Shown here: positions 55,824-64,000 of the stretch, in pieces | Numbering within the stretch: position 1 is the first letter of the stretch | Layout of the letters: each line of letters opens with the position of its first letter | DNA from: Limnothrix sp. BL-A-16 | Lineage (GTDB): Bacteria > Cyanobacteriota > Cyanobacteriia > CACIAM-69d | NCBI GenBank assembly: GCA_041937175.2 | Contig: CP166615.1 | Location: 320,001 to 384,000, forward strand | Direction: 5' to 3' | DNA: 64,000 nucleotides | Translations under genes and position numbers: made by a program | Notes under the pieces: model-generated | Told to the model about the DNA's origin: nothing | The model's input: the letters and a program-made list of their open reading frames with translations, nothing else | The model's database searches: none

Positions 55824-56702
55824 CTAAATTTCAGCATAGGCGCGATCGATCAGGCGCTTGGCAACCGTTTGGACACCCGTGTGATAGTAATAATTGGTGC
55901 TCATGTCCAAAAATGCACCAACATAATCCAGCTTGTCATCGGCAATGTCCACAAACCCTTGCAGGTGTTGCAAAACGATTTGGGGGTTGAGACTGTGATC
56001 GCTCACGAAGTTCCCCATCCAGCTCGAAACTGAGCTGAACGCTTGGCCAACAAATGCCACCTTGTCAGTGCCCGGAATCATCTTCTGGATGTTCCGAAAC
56101 GCCTCGTTTTCTTCCATGCTTGATTGGGTGGCGCTGCCGATCCAATCGCCGGCCGCTTTGATGAAGTTCGGGCCCAGGGGTACTAATCCATCCAAACAAA
56201 CAATGGCTGCCATCCGCATTTTGGACTCTCCGCCGTAGTCGGCTAAGGAACCCAAAAAGTCGCCAATGCTGTCGCCGGGAATGCCATTAATTTGGCAATA
56301 AGCCAGCAATTCCACCACAATTTTCATTCCCAAATCGATCGCTTGGGCCTTCTCGGGCTTGGGAGTCAAATTCTGCAAAAAGCCCAAAAACGAAATATCT
56401 TGCCCCACCTTGTTGGCCATGGCAGCCGTGCCCAAGGCGCTTGCGGCGGTGTCCACGGTTTGATAGAGCCAAACGGCGCGTTGATAGCCCTCGCCTTCGT
56501 CGTTATACAGCTCGATCGCCCGGTCTTTGATTTGGGAAATTAAACCCGGATCGTCTTCGCCCGTGACGGTTTTGATCGTGCGATCGAACCCAATCAAGTT
56601 ATCCCACTCGCCGGGAACCACAAAATCCAACGCATTCAGAACCGTGATGGTCATGCCGCTGGTGGGCAGTTCATCAACCAATTGCACAATGGATTTACCC
56701 AT
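55824..56702 (-). CDS. Hypothetical helical protein
   Basis: 292-aa ORF with GAGGA RBS and protein-like composition; family not recognised. Confidence 0.75.
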   Translation of the reverse strand: MGKSIVQLVDELPTSGMTITVLNALDFVVPGEWDNLIGFDRTIKTVTGEDDPGLISQIKDRAIELYNDEGEGYQRAVWLYQTVDTAASALGTAAMANKVGQDISFLGFLQNLTPKPEKAQAIDLGMKIVVELLAYCQINGIPGDSIGDFLGSLADYGGESKMRMAAIVCLDGLVPLGPNFIKAAGDWIGSATQSSMEENEAFRNIQKMIPGTDKVAFVGQAFSSVSSWMGNFVSDHSLNPQIVLQHLQGFVDIADDKLDYVGAFLDMSTNYYYHTGVQTVAKRLIDRAYAEI

Positions 56703-56976
56703 GAATTTTGATCCTCACTAAGACACAGGGTTTCCAAACAAGAAACAGACAAAAAGCTCAACCGAAACTGGGCGAGGGCTAGGCGAAAGCTAATAGCGTG
56801 ACTGTTTTAGATCGTGGGGGCAACGTTTCGGAATCAGTCGTCATCACAAGGGACTCAAGCCCCTTGCTGCCTAACAATTAGGCAACGGTGATAGCTGTTT
56901 GACCTGACCGATCAAAATAAGCTTGCCATGCTACTTAGTTCAAACTAAGCGCCAATTCGGAAAATAGAAAAGCCAA

Positions 56977-57561
56977 CTACTTCAAGCGGGCCAAACCGGA
57001 GAGATTAAACTTCTCAATCCAGTCTTCCCGATCGCTGGGTTTGAGCGTCGTAGACTGCACTTTCACCTGATAGCGATCGCCCACCAAGACAGCCGTTTGG
57101 TTTTTGCCCACTTGAACGGCAGGATAGCCGTCAATGTCATCATCGCTGCTTTGGAATTTGCTCAGACCGCTTGCATTGTTCGCCAAGTCATTAATCGACA
57201 ACTTGGCCACTTCTTCACCCGACTTCTTCAGCTTGGCTTCCGCAAATCCTTTCTTTTCCTGTTGGAAAACCAGGCTGTAGCCATCGCTAGTTTTCGGGAA
57301 ATACTTATTCAGCTTGCCGCCCGCCACTGGCTTTTTATCAATGGGCGAGGGGCTGACACTGGGGCTGGGTTTGGGCGATCGACGATCGGAACCGCGATCG
57401 GTGGACTGATCAACAGAGCGATCGACCACGGTGGTTGGCGTGGGGTTGGGAGCCGGGCCGCGATCGCTGCGATCGTTGAGGGCCACACAACCGCCCACCA
57501 CCAGCAACAGGGTCAAAACAGCACCCGCCAGCCAACGGCCGGCCTTAGACGGCGCATTCAT
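56977..57561 (-). CDS. Hypothetical lipoprotein/exported protein
   Basis: AAGGA RBS; hydrophobic signal ending VGGC; Pro/Ser linker; Lys-rich globular domain. Confidence 0.75.
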   Translation of the reverse strand: MNAPSKAGRWLAGAVLTLLLVVGGCVALNDRSDRGPAPNPTPTTVVDRSVDQSTDRGSDRRSPKPSPSVSPSPIDKKPVAGGKLNKYFPKTSDGYSLVFQQEKKGFAEAKLKKSGEEVAKLSINDLANNASGLSKFQSSDDDIDGYPAVQVGKNQTAVLVGDRYQVKVQSTTLKPSDREDWIEKFNLSGLARLK

Positions 57562-58060
57562 GGGCAAATTTCCTTATCATGAGGGTTTGGTCACTTGTTT
57601 TCCAGTCTAGGCAGCGTTTTTCATCACCGAACAGATGTGCCCACCGCCCGAGAAGATGGGTTCACCACACTTGGCAGCGATCGGCGCAAGCAGGGGAACT
57701 GAATTCGGATCGAATTGGCCTCGGGATCCATCTAACTAGTCCAATTAGTCCAATTAATCCAATCGATTACATTCGATCAATCCAGTAAATGATTTAAGAA
57801 TTGGTTAATGCTCGATGGGGACTTGATGGGCGATCGACCCGATCGCTCCGGTGCGGAATGGTTGCTGGGAACAGCAAAACGGCAATCTTGAAGAATGATG
57901 GATTTTGCTCCATCGTCCCTGACCTTTTGGAAATTTCGGCGTTTTTTAAGGCTAAATTTAACCCGTTGCCTGGGACGAATTCGAGAAAACCTGATCAAAG
58001 CATTTTTAATGCATTTCAAGGTATTTCAAATCAATTTCTGATTGTCTTGAGGTTGGGCCC

Positions 58061-59362
58061 GTGATGCGTGCGATCGATCCAAACGATCTGAATGATCCCA
58101 ATGATTTAAATGATTTATTAGATCCATCGATCGGTCAGTTAATTGATCGGTCGATCGGTCAGTTAGCTCGCCCGGCGGTGATGCCCGAGTCGATCGACCA
58201 ACTCACCCAAATTGTCGCGGCCTGTGCGGCCCAACGCCAACCGATCGTCCCCTTCGGCAGCGGCAGCAAGCTGGCCTGGGGCGATCGTCCCAAAGCTGCG
58301 GTGTTGCCCGTGGGCTTGGGTCGGCTCGATCGGCTGGTGATGCATGACGAAGCGGACTTGGTGGCCACCGTGGAAGCGGGGATGAAGCTGCGGGATTTGC
58401 AAGCGGCCTTGGCCCCGTCGGGTCAGTGGCTGCCGATCGATCCGGCCTTTGCCGACACGGCCACCCTGGGCGGGATTGTGGCCACGGCCGATACGGGTTC
58501 CCTGCGCCAACGCTACGGCGGCATTCGGGATTTATTGCTAGGGATTTCGATCGTCCGGTGGGATGGGCAAATTGCGAAAGCTGGCGGCCGCGTGGTCAAA
58601 AACGTGGCGGGCTATGACCTGATGAAGCTGTTCACCGGCTCCTTTGGCACGCTGGGCCTGCTGGCGACCTTGACCGTGCGGACGTACCCAATTCCGGAGC
58701 AGTGCCAAACCCTGTTGCTGTGGGGCGATCGCTCGGCTCTAGCCCAAGCGGCCCAAGGCTTACGGAATTCCACCCTCACCCCGATCGCTCTGGATTGGGT
58801 TTGGGGCAACCCGGCCCTGCCGGAGGCGGCGGTGGGCTTGGCCCTGCGGTTTGGCAGCGTCGCCCCCAGCGTGGCGGAACAAATGCGCCGCTCGATCGCC
58901 CTGGCCCAGGATTTGGGCTTGCAATCGATGGTGTTGAGCGAACCAGATGAAGCCGATTTTTGGCACCAGCTCCGCGCCGCCAGCACCCAGCCCACGAGCG
59001 ATCGCCCCATTACGCTCAAATTTGGCGCATTGCCCACGGCGGCCCCGGCCCTGCTCGATCGCCTGGCCAGCGGCCCGATCAGCCAAGGCCAAATCCATGC
59101 CAGCAGCGGCCTGGGTTGGGCCAGCCTCGGGGCGATCGAGGGCGATTGGCTGCGAACTTCCCGCTGGATTCGGCAATTGCGCACGGCCTGCGAAGCGGAA
59201 CAGGGATTTTTGACGTTGTTGCAAGTGCCCGCTGAACTGACCCATCAGTTTAAGCAATCCGATCGCTGGGGCGATCGCGGTTCGGGTCTGGCCCTAATGG
59301 GGAAAATAAAACAGCAGTTCGATCCGCACCAGCTCCTGAATCCCGGCCGCTTCTTGGTTTAG
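58061..59362 (+). CDS. glcE: Glycolate dehydrogenase FAD-binding subunit
   Basis: GSGSKL, TVEAG, ATLGG, RYGGIRD, GGRVVKNVAGYDLMKL, KQQFDP..LNPGR; start uncertain. Confidence 0.88.
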   Translation: MMRAIDPNDLNDPNDLNDLLDPSIGQLIDRSIGQLARPAVMPESIDQLTQIVAACAAQRQPIVPFGSGSKLAWGDRPKAAVLPVGLGRLDRLVMHDEADLVATVEAGMKLRDLQAALAPSGQWLPIDPAFADTATLGGIVATADTGSLRQRYGGIRDLLLGISIVRWDGQIAKAGGRVVKNVAGYDLMKLFTGSFGTLGLLATLTVRTYPIPEQCQTLLLWGDRSALAQAAQGLRNSTLTPIALDWVWGNPALPEAAVGLALRFGSVAPSVAEQMRRSIALAQDLGLQSMVLSEPDEADFWHQLRAASTQPTSDRPITLKFGALPTAAPALLDRLASGPISQGQIHASSGLGWASLGAIEGDWLRTSRWIRQLRTACEAEQGFLTLLQVPAELTHQFKQSDRWGDRGSGLALMGKIKQQFDPHQLLNPGRFLV

Positions 59363-59514
59363 CGCCACGAGAGCGACCCCTGCCCAGACAAGGGGCTTAA
59401 GCCCCTTGCCCCCGACGATAGCGCCAGGGTTTTGGGAGGGGCGATCGAGCAGTCCCAGCCGATCGACAGTCGCCAGATCATTGCCATCGCCTATTGGTTT
59501 CAACCCACCGACCC

Positions 59515-60918
59515 ATGCAAACGAGCGATCGCCCGATTCCCGCCAAAGAGAGCAACTTTCTGGCCCAAAACCCCCATTTGGGTGAGTTGGCAGCCGGTCA
59601 GCGATCGGGCTTTGACCCCGACTCGCCGCCCGACCCGAAGCTGCTCGATTCCTGTGTCCATTGCGGGTTTTGTCTTTCGACCTGCCCCAGCTACCGCGTG
59701 TTGGGCAAGGAAACCGACTCGCCCCGCGGCCGCATCTATTTGATGGATGCGATCAACGAAGGAACCGCCGAACTTGATCGCACCACCGCCCAGCATTTCG
59801 ACACCTGCTTGGGTTGCCTGGCCTGCGTCACCACCTGCCCGTCCGGTGTGAAGTATGACCAACTGATCAGCGCCACCCGGCCCCAGGTGGAGCGCAACGT
59901 GCCCCGATCGCTGCCAGAGCAGGCCCTGCGAACGCTGATTTTTCAACTGTTTCCCTATCCCGATCGGCTGAAAGTGATGATGCCGTTCCTGTTGCTCTAC
60001 CAGCAATCGGGTTTGCAATCCCTGGTGCGATCGACCGGTCTGCTCAAAAAATGGCTGCCCAACTTGGCGGCCATGGAAGAAATTTTGCCGCGCCTGAGCT
60101 GGGACAACCTCAACAACGAATTTCCCGAAACCATTCCCGCCCAAGGAACCCAGCGCTATCGGGTGGGCGCAATTCTCGGTTGTGTGCAGCGCACCCTATT
60201 TAGCGGGGTGAACGCCGCCACCATGCGCGCCCTGACGGCCAACGGCTGCGAGGTGGTGATTCCGCCCAGTCAGGGTTGCTGCTCGGCCCTGCCATCGCAC
60301 CAGGGCCAAACCAACCAGGCCCAGGCGATCGCCCGCCAGATGATCGATGCCTTCGCCGATACGAATGTGGACTACATCATCATCAACGCCGCCGGTTGTG
60401 GGCACACGCTCAAGGAATACGGGCACATGCTGCACGACGACCCGGAATACCGCGATCGCGCCGTCGCCTTCGTTGAAAAAGTGCGCGACATCCACGAATT
60501 CTTTGCGGAAGTGGGCTGGATTGCGCCGCTCCAGCCGATCGCCCCGGAACCGGTGACGCTGGTTTATCACGACGCTTGCCACCTGTTACATGGCCAAAAA
60601 ATCAGCGCCCCACCGCGCGACCTGTTGCGGCAAATTCCGGGCGTGACCCTGCGCGAGCCGATCGATTCGCAACTCTGCTGTGGTAGCGCCGGGATCTACA
60701 ACCTGCTGCAACCGGAAATCGCCGATGAGCTGGGCGAGCTGAAGGTGCAAAACCTGACCAACACGGGAGCCGACGCGATCGCCTCACCGAATCCAGGTTG
60801 TTCGCTGCAAATCCAAAAACACCTGGGATTGCAGGGTAAAACTGTCCCTGTTTTGCACCCGATCGAACTACTCGATCGATCCATGCGGGGCGAAGCATTA
60901 CCGAGGGGCGATCGCTAG
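59515..60918 (+). CDS. glcF: Glycolate dehydrogenase Fe-S subunit
   Basis: CVHCGFCLSTCP, SPRGRI, CLGCLACVTTCPSGV, two CC(G/S) domains, YHDACHL. Confidence 0.92.
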   Translation: MQTSDRPIPAKESNFLAQNPHLGELAAGQRSGFDPDSPPDPKLLDSCVHCGFCLSTCPSYRVLGKETDSPRGRIYLMDAINEGTAELDRTTAQHFDTCLGCLACVTTCPSGVKYDQLISATRPQVERNVPRSLPEQALRTLIFQLFPYPDRLKVMMPFLLLYQQSGLQSLVRSTGLLKKWLPNLAAMEEILPRLSWDNLNNEFPETIPAQGTQRYRVGAILGCVQRTLFSGVNAATMRALTANGCEVVIPPSQGCCSALPSHQGQTNQAQAIARQMIDAFADTNVDYIIINAAGCGHTLKEYGHMLHDDPEYRDRAVAFVEKVRDIHEFFAEVGWIAPLQPIAPEPVTLVYHDACHLLHGQKISAPPRDLLRQIPGVTLREPIDSQLCCGSAGIYNLLQPEIADELGELKVQNLTNTGADAIASPNPGCSLQIQKHLGLQGKTVPVLHPIELLDRSMRGEALPRGDR

Positions 60919-60928
60919 ACTGGTTCTA

Positions 60929-61073
60929 GGGGCTGTCGTCAAAATCCCCTGAAACCCTGATTTTGCCGTTAGCGGATCGTGAGGGACAAGGGGCTTAAGC
61001 CCCTTGTCTGGGGCGCTTGATCCAGGAAGATCAACCATTTCGGCCTCAATCAATCGCATCTGATGACGCGCCC
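60929..61073 (+). mobile_element. Family A MITE-like element
   Basis: TA|GGGGCTGTCGTCA...TGATGACGCGCCC|TA; palindrome at 60987. Confidence 0.85.
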
Positions 61074-61109
61074 TAACCCTATCCAACCATTCAGTATGTC
61101 GGCACGGCC

Positions 61110-61757
61110 ATGGTTGATGTCATGGATTCCCGCTATCTTTCTCCCGCAGAGTTTCTTGCTTGGGAAGCACAACAACCATGGCGGCATGAATACCTCAACG
61201 GTCGAGTCTATGCCCGCGCTGACAGCACGCTAGATCACAACACGATCGCTACGAATTTCGTGATTGCGCTGAAGCTTCATCTACGTCATCTGCGTGGTAA
61301 ATCCTGCGGAGTGTTCATCAGTGAAGTGCAGGTGCATGTTTCAGAAAAAGGGCCCTATTTCTATCCCGATGTTGTGGTCAGTTGTGACCCTCGAGATTTG
61401 CAATCAAACCAAGCCATTCAATATCCCTGCTTAATTGCAGAAGTGTTATCGCCCGGAACTGCTGAGTTCGATCGCGACCAAAAGTTTCAGCAATATGCCC
61501 GCATGGAATCCCTCAAGGAATATGTGTTGATTAGCAGCGATCGCCCGGCCCTCGATCGCTACTATCGACCCGAGGGTGCGGCCCCAAATTGCTGGGAGTT
61601 AACCCGTTACGGGGCGATCGACTTTAATCCCAAAATCCTGACCCCCGATGAGCAACAGCGCTCACTGTCGGAAATGTCGTTTGAACTACAAAGTTTGGGA
61701 TTTTCAGACACATTGGCCATGATCTATGAAGCGGTGCAATGGGGGACAGGGGATTAA
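61110..61757 (+). CDS. Uma2 family endonuclease-fold protein
   Basis: RHEYLNG, YFYPDVVVSCD, AEVLSPGT..DRDQKF..Y, EYVLI. Confidence 0.88.
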   Translation: MVDVMDSRYLSPAEFLAWEAQQPWRHEYLNGRVYARADSTLDHNTIATNFVIALKLHLRHLRGKSCGVFISEVQVHVSEKGPYFYPDVVVSCDPRDLQSNQAIQYPCLIAEVLSPGTAEFDRDQKFQQYARMESLKEYVLISSDRPALDRYYRPEGAAPNCWELTRYGAIDFNPKILTPDEQQRSLSEMSFELQSLGFSDTLAMIYEAVQWGTGD

Positions 61758-61805
61758 TCTCCTGTTGCACCGTTTTGGCGGATTTGGCGGATACGACATT
61801 GGCAG

Positions 61806-63872
61806 ATGCAAAATTCGCAGATGCAAACGGTGCTGTCTGACGGTTTCTTGGTTTGTGGGCTAGGCAATTTAGGACAACATTGTGTTGCGGCCTTGGCAAA
61901 TTTTGGGGTGCGTGTTCGGGCGATCGAGCAAACCATTCCGAGCGGGTGGGATGTGCCCGACTTGCCGGCCATGCTGGAACAGGTGATTGAGGGGGATTTT
62001 TGTCGATCGAGCATTTTGCTGCTGGCGGGGATTGCCGATTGTCGAGCCATTTTGCTGCTGGCGGGGGACGATCGCATCAACCTGAAGGCGGCCCTGGCGG
62101 CGCGGTTGCTGAATCCGGCGGTGCGGCTGGTGGTGCGCTCCAACCGTCCCCACTTGAATGACTTGCTGGCGCGGCAGTTCGGCAACTTTGTGGCCTTTGA
62201 GCCTTCGCGGTTGTCGGCTATGGCCTTTGCCCTGGCCGCGTTGCAGGATCAGACGATCGGGGCGTTTGAAATCAACGGCGTGGCCTACCGGGTGCGCCAG
62301 CGATCGCTCCAGGCGGATGATCCTTGGTTGGGGGACATTCCCGCAAACCTCAACAATCGATCGCGCTTGATTTTGGGTCACTGGAGCGGTTCGTTGCCCC
62401 TGCCTCCCGATCCGCTGTTCTACGGGTCTGGCATTATGGATCCCTTCCAACTCGGTGATTGGGTGGCCTATGTGGAAATGCGGCGCGGGGGCCGTTGGCA
62501 TGAGTGGGAGGCGGCCGCAGCGCTGCACTCGTCCCGGCGATCTCTGACTCCTGCACCGCGATCAACACCGCGTTGGCAACTGCTGCGATCGCTTCAGCAG
62601 GCTGCGCGATCGCTCCTCCATCGCAGTCGGCTGTTGCAGATCGCCCTGATCTATGCCGGAGCCGTGCTGGGCTTGCTGCTGCTGGGAACCGTAATTTTGC
62701 GGCACTACTCGCCCTACCGCGATTGGTTTGATGCCTTTTGCAACACGGCTTTGTTGCTGCTGGGGGGCTATGCCGATTTGTTTGGTGATCCTGCTCAGGC
62801 CAGTGCTGTGCCTCGCTGGCTGCGTTTGTTTGGGTTTAGCCTGACGGTGGTGGGCACGGGCCTGGTGGGCGTGCTCTACGCGCTGCTGACGGAGCGGCTG
62901 TTGTCGCTGCGGTTGCGGTTTTCTCCCAGTCGCCCCCGCCTGCCGGACAAGGATCATGTGCTGGTGGTGGGGATGGGACAGGTGGGACAGCAAATTGCTC
63001 GCCTGCTGTTGCAGTCTGGGCAGTCGGTGGCGGGGCTGACGCGCCAGGGACTGGATGACAATACCTTGGGTGATTTGCCGCTGATGGTGGGGAAGTTGCC
63101 GGATACGCTGGATCGGGTGGAGCTGGAACGGGCTAAGTCGATCGTCTTTGCCACCGATGATGAAATTGCCAATTTGGAAATGGCGTTAATGGTGCGCCAA
63201 GCGTCGCTCTCCACGGGCTTGGTGATTCGCACGTTTGATCGCGCCTTTAGTGACACCTTGGTGGGGCTGTTGCCCGATGCCCAGGTGCTTTGTGCCTATG
63301 CCCTGGCGGCGGAAGCCTTTGCGGGGGCGGCCTTTGGTGAAAATATTCTCAGTCTCTACCGCTGGGGACGCACCACGATGCTGGTGGCGGAATATCGGAT
63401 TGAGCCGGGCGATACCCTAGTGGATTTGCTGTTGGCGGAGTTTGCCTGTGGCTATGGCGCTGTTCCCTTGCTGCATGAGCGGGTGGGTCGTAAGGCGTTC
63501 GAGGATGGGGAACTGGACTTTCCGCGCCTTGATCGCCACTTGCGATCGGGCGATCGCCTGGTGGTGTTGGCTTCCATTGAAGGTTTGCGGCGGATTGAGC
63601 GGGGCGAGCTGGCTCCCCGGCTGTGGTGTGTGCGGTTGCATTCCGCCAGTCCCCAAGCGGACTTTGAGGGGGCCAATGCGATCGCCCGCATCACCGGGTG
63701 CAGCTTGGCCCATGCGCGATCGCTGTTTCAGCGGTTGCCTACCTTGGTGGAAGCGGGCGAGCCACCCACGGTTTGTGCGATGTATGAATATCAGGCGCGA
63801 TCGCTGGTGACCAGTTTGCGACAGCGGTTAGTCAATGCGGAAGCCCTTTGCTGGGCGACGGATTTGGAATAA
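61806..63872 (+). CDS. TrkA/RCK-domain potassium-channel-like protein
   Basis: Two Rossmann motifs (VCGLGNLG, VVGMGQVG) flanking TM-pore-TM. Confidence 0.82.
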   Translation: MQNSQMQTVLSDGFLVCGLGNLGQHCVAALANFGVRVRAIEQTIPSGWDVPDLPAMLEQVIEGDFCRSSILLLAGIADCRAILLLAGDDRINLKAALAARLLNPAVRLVVRSNRPHLNDLLARQFGNFVAFEPSRLSAMAFALAALQDQTIGAFEINGVAYRVRQRSLQADDPWLGDIPANLNNRSRLILGHWSGSLPLPPDPLFYGSGIMDPFQLGDWVAYVEMRRGGRWHEWEAAAALHSSRRSLTPAPRSTPRWQLLRSLQQAARSLLHRSRLLQIALIYAGAVLGLLLLGTVILRHYSPYRDWFDAFCNTALLLLGGYADLFGDPAQASAVPRWLRLFGFSLTVVGTGLVGVLYALLTERLLSLRLRFSPSRPRLPDKDHVLVVGMGQVGQQIARLLLQSGQSVAGLTRQGLDDNTLGDLPLMVGKLPDTLDRVELERAKSIVFATDDEIANLEMALMVRQASLSTGLVIRTFDRAFSDTLVGLLPDAQVLCAYALAAEAFAGAAFGENILSLYRWGRTTMLVAEYRIEPGDTLVDLLLAEFACGYGAVPLLHERVGRKAFEDGELDFPRLDRHLRSGDRLVVLASIEGLRRIERGELAPRLWCVRLHSASPQADFEGANAIARITGCSLAHARSLFQRLPTLVEAGEPPTVCAMYEYQARSLVTSLRQRLVNAEALCWATDLE

Positions 63873-64000
63873 TGCGCGCGATCGCTTGGAGACTCTACGC
63901 AAGATCTGGAGCCAGATGAGCTGCTTGCCAGATTTGCTCGATCGTAATCGCTGGCTGCTGATCGGCCGATTGCTGGCCCATGGTTGAAAGAATAGGTGAC

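Noticed and set aside
58061..60918. Missing glcD as evidence of a broken pathway
   Set aside because: glc subunits are commonly unlinked in cyanobacteria, so absence from this window is uninformative.

Overview
GC-rich cyanobacterial chromosome segment with very dense HIP1 (GCGATCGC/CGATCG), an HLIP gene, Tic20, HpsN-like, DUF3493, Uma2 and FutA genes. It holds about 50 mostly housekeeping or signalling CDSs: fni, pncB-nadD-nrtR with a candidate NrtR box, a TRAP transporter, ubiD, two tandem MNT-HEPN toxin-antitoxin pairs, cysK, pyrE, fabG, recJ, GGDEF/EAL and CHASE2 cyclases, iaaA, mnmE, rpsF, tgt, lptA-lptB-lptF/G, futA, an EF-G paralogue, glcEF and an RCK channel-like protein. I recognised no rRNA, tRNA, CRISPR array or transposase. 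The most striking unexplained structure is non-coding. One 20-bp palindrome (CAAGGGGCTTAAGCCCCTTG) occurs at about 18 loci, mostly as central cargo of two different ~130-165 bp MITE-like shells: family A with a TA duplication and family B with a 3-bp TTA/TGA duplication. Family A has inserted into the TA at the centre of its own palindrome (nested copy at 18.1-18.4 kb, stacked arms at 7.3-7.65 kb) and sits on gene stop codons three times. The palindrome also lies in-frame inside recJ. Further REP families, a third shell, a frameshifted TonB-like gene and a papain-like protease with a ~110-residue acidic tail are also present. Start codons and family names are from visual motif recognition, not database searches.
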